The position numbers and the translations under genes are program-made. Shown piece after piece: positions 22,289 to 32,011 of a stretch of 36,372 nucleotides of DNA. This DNA comes from Neophaeotheca triangularis (lineage: Eukaryota), in the NCBI GenBank assembly GCA_054600435.1, contig BAAIJX010000006.1:744001-780372 (forward strand), read 5' to 3'. Position 1 is the stretch's first letter. Every line of letters begins with the position of its first letter. The notes beneath the pieces were generated by a model. It did no database searches and was not told the DNA's origin. It saw only the letters and a program-made list of their open reading frames with translations.

Positions 22289-22717
22289 GGTGGCGGTGGG
22301 AATTTGCAGGATACGCAGGAGGGTACAGTGATGGACTTAGTCAAGTCTGCTGTAGGTGTGCGACAGGAAGCAGTGTTGTGGAAGAGGGTCGTGTTTGTTC
22401 GTTGCGTTGGGTGTTGTGAGATGATGGATTAGGTAGCTTGAAGTGCATGTGCTCCATCTACGGTAGGTAGCAGCTTCCCGTACCTGACGTTTGGCTGGCT
22501 ACCGACCCCCGAGGTTCCGCCGTTTGTTCGACTTCACGCCCTCAGGGGCCTCGCGTGTTGTGTTGTTGTCGGGCCCAATCCCGTTCGGATACATTGTCGA
22601 AACATTGCCCGACACTCCAACAGGCCGCGAAAGGATGGCCACCGAAGCCAGCGTCAACTATACGGCAACTGCCCGGGGTTGACGGTTTCTTAAAAACTCG
22701 CGTGCTTTTTGAGTGAA

Positions 22718-23725
22718 ATGGCAACTCTACTCTATCATTCGTTGCCAGACAGACATCTGCTCAGGACTTTGCCCTCTGTTTTGTCACCACCAAATGTTCG
22801 GTACCATCTGGAAAAGCAGAAATTGAATCCAACGTGTATCGTATGGTCAAGAGCAGATAGTCATGACACGGAGACACGAAGACAAAACGCACGAAAGCCC
22901 CCTTGGTCTCAAGAAGAAGACGCCAAAATCTTAAGAGGCCACTCGGCCGGGAAATCCGTTTTGGAACTACTCGACGAACTTCCTGGACGGTCTCGCGAGG
23001 GCATCGATCGGCGATGGGAAACCATCAGAGTAAGAATCGAGCCGCGGACTACGCTGAGCATGAATAACCGCCGCTGGACAGAGGCCGACATCAAGTCAGT
23101 CAGGGAATTGTGGAACCGCAACATTGCGTGCCCTGATATAGCCAGCCAATTGGGCCGGACGGTCCACGGTGTCCGTCGTGCAGTGAGCAAATTAACTGGT
23201 CAGCAGCATTCGCAGCTTCAGACTAGGAATCCACGTTGGCAACCAGATGAAATCGCAGCCCTGCACTCTCTTTCTAGTGAAGGTGAGACTATACCGGCGA
23301 TTGCGCGCCGGCTTGGTAGGAGTGCCAAGGCTGTCAAGATGCGCCGATATACAGAGCGGAGGAGAACCTCTGTGGAAGTACTGTCCCATCTTCGCCCCAT
23401 ACAAACGAAAGAGATGAAAAGGATCTCAGCACTTCTTCACGAAGGCAAAACCTCATTAGAGATGGCAGAGATCACGAGCCTGGATTTGGAGCACATCTCA
23501 AGGATAGAAAGCCGACTCAGCGATCCGAGTCTGGAGGACTCTGGCATTCTGCGACTTCCACGTCGATGGTCTCCAGCAGAAGTGCAAAAAGCACGAGAGC
23601 TTCGAGCGCAGGGAAAGACGTACAAGCAGATTGGCTACGATCTTGACAGGTCCGTACAGGCGGTACGAGCCCAAGTTCTTTATACAAAAAACCATACAAT
23701 ACCGAGTAAAGACGAGGATGTATAA
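22718..23725 (+). CDS. Intronless protein with five tandem Myb/SANT-like or GcrA-like helix-turn-helix repeats
   Basis: First ATG at 22718. Repeats follow W-[ST]-x-x-E...G...IA..LGR[ST]..AV: WSQEEDAKIL..., WTEADIKSVRELW..., WQPDEIAAL..., a degenerate fourth copy, and WSPAEVQKARELR.... Confidence 0.75.
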   Translation: MATLLYHSLPDRHLLRTLPSVLSPPNVRYHLEKQKLNPTCIVWSRADSHDTETRRQNARKPPWSQEEDAKILRGHSAGKSVLELLDELPGRSREGIDRRWETIRVRIEPRTTLSMNNRRWTEADIKSVRELWNRNIACPDIASQLGRTVHGVRRAVSKLTGQQHSQLQTRNPRWQPDEIAALHSLSSEGETIPAIARRLGRSAKAVKMRRYTERRRTSVEVLSHLRPIQTKEMKRISALLHEGKTSLEMAEITSLDLEHISRIESRLSDPSLEDSGILRLPRRWSPAEVQKARELRAQGKTYKQIGYDLDRSVQAVRAQVLYTKNHTIPSKDEDV

Positions 23726-24929
23726 CCTGATGGGGTATGATCCTCGTAGGTCTGTAATAGCGGCAAAAGGCAGACTGGTCTCTACGAGTGGCGGAACGGG
23801 GCGGAACCAAGCTTCGGTGGTTTTGCATTATTGGGAGAAGATGTGGGACGTGCGTTTGGGCACCCTTGGATTGTTGTAATCGGAAACCAGTGGCGGCAAA
23901 GCCAAATCCCGGCGGATTTGGCTCGTAGTCTTGCCCGCCTTCGGCTGCCGTAAGCGTCGGGGTGAGGGATTGGTTGTCGGCCCTGGTTGGGTGGCGGTGG
24001 CATTCCGCCTCGAGCTTCCACGCCGGGGACTGTGGACATCGCGGTCGCGGTCGGACTCTCCAGCTGTGGGGGAATAGGCATCGGCATGCAGCGGGAAACG
24101 TAGAGGCTCCCCGGCCGTCGCTGGGGCATAGAGGTCGTCCGGTGCTGGGGTTGTCGAGGGCTTGTAGGGGTCTCTGGGTTTGGGTGCGTGAGTGGCGGGT
24201 GCGTACTCTTCGCGTAGGTTCGAAGGGCCGGGGGGACAGTATTTGAATGGAAGAGGAATTGGCGGAGGATTGAGGTAGGGGTTGGATAGCTACGATGGGA
24301 GTCCAGCGCAGTTGAGTAGCAGAAGCTACCAGGAAGCTAAAATCACCGAGAAGGAAATAGGCGGTGTTTTCAGTGGTGAAACTGTCATTCCAGTCACGCA
24401 ACAAAGCTACTAGAGACTACTCATCTAAATCGACACTCCAACAATCAACTCTTATCTTGTGAGAATACAAATTGACGATGACCTTCTGTCCACGGGACTT
24501 CAACCGTCATCGACGTACAAAGAATGGTAATAAGTCCAAAACTGCTCCATTTGCCGACCTTTGGCCAAGGCCAGCAGAGCCACGAGCGCCGCCGCGAAAA
24601 AAGCAGCCCAAGCCGCCCCGAAGACATCATCAGAGGCCTCCGGGCAACCTTCGCCACCATCATCGTCGGCGCCACCCATGCAGCCCACGCTGCCGACCAC
24701 CCCTCCCTCGCCAGCAGAGAGCAAGCCTAACAACCCAGGCAAAAGGGCCAGAGACGCCGAGAATGACACAGAAACCGAAGTGAAAGCAACAACTCGTCCA
24801 TTCTCGCCTCTCCGTTACAAAAACGAATCAATCACTCGGCTGGAGGCGGAGGCGCTGGGAATCCCAGCATGCTCGCAAAGTCGGCGGCCCTGATAACAGG
24901 GGGTCAGCTTGCGGGCGATCAATAGTAAG

Positions 24930-26114
24930 TCAAGGTGATGCGTACGTTGGTTCAGCAGCAGCAGGAGCTGGCTCAGGTACCGCAGCGGGCGTGGCAACGG
25001 CGCCCTCGATAGTGATGGTCGTAGTGCCCACGTAAGTAGTGATCGTACTCTGGATGGTGGTTGTAGTCGTCGGGCTGTCACTGTAGGCAACGTTAGTGTT
25101 TTGCTCGTCACTCAGCCAGACCACTGGAACTTACGACGAGGGTGAGGCTTCCTCTACTGTCCAGGTCTCGTACTGGGTCGGACCGGTGCTAACGGTTGCG
25201 TTTTGAACATTGGTGGTGGTGATTTGCGTTTCGTACTCTAGTTCCAGTCGAGTGTGCACGCTAATCGTGGTGACTTGCTCCGTGACATTGGCGGCTATGA
25301 GCGTTGCAAAGATGACTTGAGAGGGGCCGTAGATGGTAGTACTGAGATTAATATCGGTGACCGTCGAAGTGGAGATGGTGATGAGCTCCGTCTGCCAGAT
25401 CTGGTTCTCGCGGATGCAGACTTCGGTTCCATTGGCGTGGGTGGTGCATACTATCCGTGTGACATCCGTGGGCGGGCCAGCCGTAGTGAGTTCCTGCCAG
25501 GGTGCCGCGTAAAAAGTCGTCAAGGTCTGGATGACGGGCGCGGGCGTGATAGCAGCTTGAGCAGGAACGCTAGACAAGTTGTTGTATGTCTCGGTTCCTA
25601 TCTCGGATGGAGTCGGAGTTGGATACGCTAGCACGAATCCATGGTCGCTAGAGAAGGTGATCTCGTCCGCGCAATCAGTGACGGGATACTCATCAATCAG
25701 ACCGCTTAAAGTCGTTGCACAAACGGTAGTAAGAGTGGAACGGTAGACAGTCTCGCACTCGCCGTCCACTGGAGGAATCGAAGTCGAAAAATTGGCCCAA
25801 GGCGCTGTAGTAGGGATTGTCTCGGGTTGGGAGACGGGAAAGAATGCAATCGGTGGCAGCGCGCAGAGTGTGAACTCAGGCACAAAGGACGTCACGACCT
25901 GCGATTGCGACGTCACAGCTACCGGCGCTGCTCCAGGCGAAGGCGTAATCATGGTGAGCACTCCTGGTGCCATCGACGTCTCGACTGCAACGGTATCGAC
26001 CGGAGCCTGTCGACCCTGTAAGTCGACCGCGACATGTTTATGCATAAATCTGGCGTTTGCTGGAAGAAGAAGGCTTGCTAGCCAAATGGCAAAAGTTGAG
26101 CGAACGGCGGCCAT
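24930..26114 (-). CDS. Secreted Thr/Pro-rich protein with several Cys, probably a cell-surface glycoprotein; exons 26114-25135 and 25080-24930
   Basis: Signal peptide MAAVRSTFAIWLASLLLPANA from ATG 26114. A 54-nt GTAAGT...CTAAC...CAG intron joins ORFs 25131-26237 and 24930-25124 in frame. No hydrophobic GPI-type tail. Confidence 0.8.
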
Positions 26115-26337
26115 ATTAGGCTGTTGAAAGTTGTCCAGTGTCTCGTCGCTCGTAACGAATGTGTAATGTTGTGGTCGAAGTGTCAAACACTTTTGATCTG
26201 TCCCGATTGGCAAGCGCTTCCGCCAAGAATGTTGCATTCTTCAGGCCGCCACAACAAACTTGCGGGCAAGGAATGCAGCGAGTCGCGCCTCATGCCTTTT
26301 CCAAATGAGCTCACGTCATTGTCAGATTGGAAAGAAT

Positions 26338-27945
26338 TCAATCATGCGAGATGGAGGAGTCGGAATCGTCCATGTCTGTATCGCTTCCAGTCGAGCTTTC
26401 ACCACCATTGGATGCAACTCCATTCGCCATTCGTTGTGATTCGCGCTTGCGCAACGCTCTGGTTTCTGCTCCAAGACGCTCTAATTTATCGAAACTTGCG
26501 CGCTGCACCCTCCGAAGGGCCTCTATCTGAGCCTTCAACTCGGCGTTTTGCTCTTCCATTGTTGCCTGGTCTGGGTTCTCCGAGCTCGCGTCAAGTGACA
26601 TGAAACCATCGTTCGATTCCACGGCATCTTCGTTCGGAACGTTGTGTGCAAATCCACTACGCCAGGTATCGAGCTCCTTGAGACCCTCGTCCAGCAAAGC
26701 TGAAGGCAGAGACGGTGCTAGCAAGGCTTTCTCGAAAGCAGAAGGCTCGTTCTCATTTTCGTGGTCTTTTTCTTGACTAGCGAGCATCTGCAATTGGATT
26801 GCATAGTCGCCAGGCACGTTCTGCGAGAAGCCATTGTCGAAAGCACCAAATCTTGGCTTCACTACGTTGGGCACGCTGACATTTCGATGCTTGTCCTGCC
26901 GGAATCCTGTCACAGGTAGAAAGGCAAGGTTTGTGACGGGTCCGTTAAATGGTATCTGAAGGTGAACCTTGACACCTCGCTTACGTGCAACATCCCATGC
27001 GATTATGTCGCCAGATTGATGGCCGGAGATGACGGTAGATCCATCAAAAGATACGTCCAAGCAGTGCGCAGCAGCAATAGCGCTATCGGGTGGAAGCCAC
27101 TGAGAAGAAGGAGCAGGCGTTACAGCACTCGCCTGCTCTGCCAGATCGTGGACGCTCGTAAAGTGTCGTTCGCCGTCTGCAAACAGATCCAACATCTGTA
27201 ATGAGCCGTCAGGATAGCCCACAAAAACCGCTCTGTCCCCTGCATCGAGAGCGAGGCATGAGGGCAGAGCCGGCAGAAGGTAGGTCCGTAGTGGTACGTT
27301 CGCGCGATAATCCCAGATAACGCAAGTCTTGTCGGTGGAGACAGTCGCTGCGATGTTGTTGGGGCCGTCTGCATGCCCCAAGGCTACATCAACAATCTCT
27401 GCATTATGAGCTGTAAATGTGTGCAAAGGCGACAGGCCCTGTGCATCGAGATTTGCAAAAGACAGCAGAGACGGTATCGACCATACGTGCGCTGTTGAAT
27501 CCTTCGAAGTCGAGAGGAGAAAAGTGCTTGCCGAGTCCGTGGCAAGTGCAGTGACTGGCTGGAGATGGGACTGGGCAGTGGTAACCTGCCTCCCTGTCGC
27601 AATCTCCCAAGCAAAGATTCGACCTTCGGCGGTGCCTAGGAAGAGGACAGTGTCGTTGCAGGCGAGCGATACGCAGGTGATACGCTCTGTAAAAGGTACC
27701 ACAGCCTCCAGGTTCCCTTTGGCTCTACCATAGACGTGAACGACTGACTTGTCACATTGAGCCGCGAAGACGTGGCTCTCATTCGAGGCAAGGCATCTTG
27801 GAGGCGTAGCACTTTTCTTAAACACCGTCTTGGAGGCGGTTTGCGGCTGCAATTCATGCAGGAGTATCCCGACGTCTTTCGCGGCAGTGGAAGTGGTAAC
27901 CTTGGTTGGCGGACCAATGGAAGCTAGGAAATGCTCCGTGAGCAT
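26338..27945 (-). CDS. IPI3: WD40 pre-rRNA processing protein Ipi3 (Rix1 complex)
   Basis: MLTEHFLASI...FKKSAT, HVFAAQ..K..VHVY...GNLEAVVPF.ERI, WD repeats (HLQPVTAL, STSKDSTAHVW, STDKTCVIWD) and a C-terminal coiled coil. Confidence 0.88.
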   Translation of the reverse strand: MLTEHFLASIGPPTKVTTSTAAKDVGILLHELQPQTASKTVFKKSATPPRCLASNESHVFAAQCDKSVVHVYGRAKGNLEAVVPFTERITCVSLACNDTVLFLGTAEGRIFAWEIATGRQVTTAQSHLQPVTALATDSASTFLLSTSKDSTAHVWSIPSLLSFANLDAQGLSPLHTFTAHNAEIVDVALGHADGPNNIAATVSTDKTCVIWDYRANVPLRTYLLPALPSCLALDAGDRAVFVGYPDGSLQMLDLFADGERHFTSVHDLAEQASAVTPAPSSQWLPPDSAIAAAHCLDVSFDGSTVISGHQSGDIIAWDVARKRGVKVHLQIPFNGPVTNLAFLPVTGFRQDKHRNVSVPNVVKPRFGAFDNGFSQNVPGDYAIQLQMLASQEKDHENENEPSAFEKALLAPSLPSALLDEGLKELDTWRSGFAHNVPNEDAVESNDGFMSLDASSENPDQATMEEQNAELKAQIEALRRVQRASFDKLERLGAETRALRKRESQRMANGVASNGGESSTGSDTDMDDSDSSISHD

Positions 27946-28561
27946 GACAGCGTGATGTCGCTTAATGTCCGTTGTTTTTGTGTTGGTTGTAATTTTGCCG
28001 GAAATCTTCGAAGTCTTTGAGGTCTGCCCTGCCTTGCCCTGAGATGGCTGGCGATTTTTTGGCAGAGGCGAAGCCGAAAGCGGCTAAAGCGAGCTGGGTC
28101 TTCCGACGAACGACACCTCGCCCGTGCTCGCCCTCCAACCACCTGCGCCTGGCACATCTTTTACTACTACTTATTCTTCCACGGCCAACATCGCCTAACT
28201 TAACTGACAGCTTGAGAAGCGCAGACGCAGCTTCCGGTAGAATGTGGCAGGGGAAATGTTCTGCTGCGCCTGCTTTCGTGCTTGAATTGACCCGCCGCTC
28301 GAAAGGAAACGGTGCATCATTTAGCCGACACTACCTCCTACCTCACAACTCTACTCGATGCTGCAGACAACGACCGCGTAGGCTACATGCCATACCTTTC
28401 TAGGCTACTCGCAGGAGGCACAATTGGCGGGGTGCAGAGATCCGGCTATTGATCAGGTATAACAAGGACTTGCGACTTTCGCCGTGACTTGCTATAAGTA
28501 CCTCCTATTTCACTCGACTTTCGCCGTTCCAACTTCTTACGGCCCCATGCCCGCAGTAACA

Positions 28562-29958
28562 ATGGCTTCCACTTTATTCCCAATCCTTGCACTTGCTTCC
28601 TGTGTTCTCGGTGCCCCAACTGATCGTGATCTTCACGGCCACCGTCATGACGGAATTCAGCCTCACCCTCATCACGGGCATTGGGTTGATACGTGGGTCT
28701 CAATGCCGCAGCTTGTAGAGCCCCGAAATCTTCCCCCGGAGCCGTTTGTACGATTCTGAGATTTCCATGCTATCATGGCCCTTACTAAATTGCCTAGAAT
28801 CAAACCGGTGTCGTATTCGACAATGCCACCCTTCGCCAAACCTTGCACATGTCCATCGGGGCAGAGCAGATCCGTGTGCGCGTCTCCAATGCTTTCGGTG
28901 TGAACGAGTTGCCCGTAACGAAAATGACAGTGGCGTATCCCATCGCACGGGACGGCTACAACGCCTCCGGTTCTCCATTCATCGACGAAAACTCCGTACA
29001 GACTCTCACGTTCAGCGGTAATGAATCCATTTCAATCCCCAATGGGGGGCTTGCGGTTTCAGACCCTATCAATTTCAGCATTGCACCCGAGTCCGTCCTT
29101 ACCATCGACATGTACTTAGAGGCTGGACAACAGAGCAATTTAATCACTGGCCACCCTGGTAGTCGAACGGGCTCTTTCATTTCATTCGGCGACCACACAG
29201 GTTCTGGAAATTTCACCGACGCCGGCACAGTAGAGACTTTTCACTGGTACTTTGCGTCGGCCGTCGAGGCCTGGTCTAAACCGCATACCAGCGGCTTCGT
29301 CATCATCGGAGATAGCATCACGGATGGCCGCGGCAGCGACAACAACGGCAACAACCGCTGGCCAGACCTTCTTCTCGGCCGCATGCAAGGATACGGACCA
29401 ACCAAAGACATCGCTGTACTTAACCAAGCCGCCGGAGGTAACCGGATACTGCGCGACGGCTTGGGTCCAAACGTCGTGAGCCGTGTTGACCGGGATTTGC
29501 TAGCACAGTCCGGCATCAAGTACGCGATGATGTTCGAGGGGGTCAATGACATCGGATCCGGTAACGCTACGGTCGAGGCCCAGACTGAGATTGGCGACAG
29601 GCTCATCCAATTCTACCAGCAAACCATTACCCGCTCGCACACCTTCGGTATTCCAATGTGGGGGTCTACTATCACTCCATTCGGCTGCGCAAATACGACC
29701 CTGCAGCCCTACAGTGACCCCGTGCGGGAAGAGACGAGGCTGCGTGTCAATGAGTGGATTCGCAACAGCGGGGCCTTCGACTACGTGGTCGACTTTGACG
29801 AGGTCGCCAGGGACCCGAGCAATTTCACACGCCTGAACCCAGCTCTGAGCTCTGGCGACTGTATACATCCCAATCCCTCAGGATATCAGGAGATGGCAGA
29901 TTATTTCCCTCTGCGCTTATTCCAGGAATTTGAGCGTGGAGTCAGCACCTTTACATGA
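28562..29958 (+). CDS. Secreted SGNH/GDSL-family lipase/acylhydrolase; exons 28562 (or 28547)-28747 and 28798-29958
   Basis: Signal peptide MASTLFPILALASCVLG and WVDTWVSMPQL. SGNH blocks GDSITDG, AAGGNR, FEGVND and DCIHP. One 50-nt phase-0 intron. Confidence 0.92.
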
Positions 29959-30420
29959 CAATGGCAGGAGCGTTAGTAGCTGGCGAACGACTATTCCGTG
30001 TCTCTGCGATCCGTGCGTTTTCAGCCCTTCGGCCACTACGATTCCTTCTTGCCGATTAGCAACCATTCCTAGCAACTGATACAGGGTCGCAGGACTCTCT
30101 TGCATCAGTAGTCAGGTCCCGGGCAAGGAAGAGTTGAATCTGCCGGAGACACCTATACTTGACCTAACTACCTCAAGTACTTCATTCTTCCGGCAGTAGC
30201 TAGGCTCAACCCCGTAGCTGTCTACCCAGGTATTAGGAAAGAGATAGACCCTTTCCCTAAGCGGTTCATATAATACTACAAAGGGCAGCAGAGTAGTGTA
30301 AGCCTGGGGGAGGAGAGCACGTACCAGTGGGATACTGAATAATCATTCCCGAGTAGCTGTGGTAGACATAATCCAGACGACCGTTCCAAACCAGCCTACC
30401 TATGCATGATCATACCCTGA

Positions 30421-30612
30421 TTAGAGGGTGCAGTCCAATTGTACATTTGACACTCAACACGGCGCTCCATCTCTCCGAAATGCCTGAATTCCATCACCGC
30501 ACAGAACATATCGACCTCAAGTACCACTCCCTCCGAAAGGCTTTGCCGATTGGCTCATCAACGCTCAATGGACCGAGAGGAAGGGTAGTCTTGCTGATGT
30601 CTTCACGAATTT
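30421..30612 (+). mobile_element. Degenerate Ty1/copia retrotransposon RNase H relic (frameshifted)
   Basis: ALHLSEMPEFHHRTEHIDLKYHSLRK matches the copia RNase H signature (A..L..NP.FH.RTKHID..YH..R). In shifted frames, QLYI/DTQ precedes it and QWTERKGSLADVFT follows it. Confidence 0.75.
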
Positions 30613-31193
30613 CGCTGGGCTAGAGGTCAAACTGGCTATCTCGTGGCTTAGTACGATTAGGCAGGGACGTGGGGATAAGGATGAGCACTCGTCATGAATG
30701 GTTAGAGGATCACAGGGTGCAGGAAGAGTGCCGTGAAAGATTCCTTTTCTCCAGACAAGGTGGGCTTGCGTAGGATGTGTTTGCTGCTGAGGATCTCGTT
30801 TCTTTGAACCAGTGAATAGCTCGATCACTTGGGATCCTGACCTCTCCCGAACAGTTCCGCTTGCACTTACCATGTTCAAGATTCACAGCCTCGCCGTTGT
30901 GTCACCAAGCGCCATCCCCGTGGTCCATGGCAATCATTATCTCCATCAATCCTGGTGTCTTAAGAGTCCGAGTGCGAATTGTACTCCGCCCAAGCTGATC
31001 ACTTTTCAAGGACGACAACAAATTAAGGAAACAATTTGATCTTTCATCGCGTGTGTGCATTGCTGTTCGCTACATGCCTTCGTCGTTTGAGCTACTGAGC
31101 GCCGCGTTGTTGCTGCCAAAAAGGCAAGCATGCAAGCATCGTGCCTGCCACCTAACTCCGAAAGACCGCACCTCTTCCCACCGCCATCATCCT

Positions 31194-31698
31194 CTAAGCC
31201 TGGTTCGCGGGGCCCCTCGCGCCCTTGGGTGTGCCCTTCTGGAAACCGTTCTTGAACTTGCGGGGTACGAGCTTCAGGGATCGCATGCGGCCGGAGCCAG
31301 TGGTCTTTCTTCTCTTCGCCTTCTCGCCCCAGTTGACTGTGAAGATTCAAAGTTAGCAAGTCGGTGTGGCAGAGATGGAGGTGATCGGTTGCGGGTCGAG
31401 GGTTTCGTGGGAGAAGGTTCGTGGGAAGCGTACATTTCCTGATGCCGGCACTTGGGTATCCGCAGTTCGAGCAGGTCTTCTTTTGGACGTGGAGGGAGCG
31501 CGAGCCTGGTTCGAATCCATCAGCATTCCGTTTCCCTTGCCTGCCTCTATTACCATGGAAATCTCTTCCTTACCGCAGCGTCTGCACAGGACGTGCGTCT
31601 TGTTGTGGCGCTTTCCGAAGCTGGAGGTACCCTTCGCTGTTCACTGTATCAGCACCTCCTCCATTTTCGTGTATACCCAGTCTCTTCGACGTACTCAT
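31194..31698 (-). CDS. RPL37: 60S ribosomal protein L37 (eL37); exons 31698-31695, 31636-31574, 31505-31434, 31336-31194
   Basis: Spliced protein [65 protein letters not shown]..., with a C4 zinc ribbon. Absent from the ORF track because the exons are tiny. Confidence 0.97.
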
Positions 31699-31753
31699 TG
31701 TGGCTGTTTTGACGGTTTTCCGGTTGGCTGGTGGTCGTTGTCGTCGGGCTCAC

Positions 31754-31761
31754 TGCGACTG
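31754..31761 (-). promoter_or_regulatory. Homol-D-like box (CAGTCGCA) upstream of RPL37
   Basis: One mismatch to the ribosomal-protein promoter element Homol-D (CAGTCACA), about 56 nt upstream of the RPL37 ATG. Could occur by chance. Confidence 0.3.
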
Positions 31762-32011
31762 GTGAAGTTCAATCTTCGTTCGGCGGCTTTTCGAAAGACA
31801 CTTCCGAAGTGGGCGCGCTAAGCGAATGCCAAGACTTTGCCTTGAGCCTCAACCTCCCACTACACGTCCTTTCACTCGCAATCTGCACCGCAAAAATATC
31901 CAATATCACACCATTGTACCTCACTTTTGCTTGGGCAAAGTCTCGTAATGAACAATCTGCGAGAGTGTTGACGTGCGCCACCCCAGTATCTCTCCGAAGT
32001 GCGCTGTTACC

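Noticed and set aside
22289..22717. Rpn4/PACE-type element upstream of RPN5
   Set aside because: No match to GGTGGCAAA seen.
23517..24404. 295-aa minus-strand ORF overlapping the HTH-repeat gene
   Set aside because: TTG start, no protein-like features, and it lies in a stop-poor C-rich stretch; not called as a CDS.
31337..31433. RPL37 intron 3 as a possible snoRNA host
   Set aside because: No box C (TGATGA) with box D (CTGA) pair and no evident H/ACA structure; only a short TCCCACGAA duplication.
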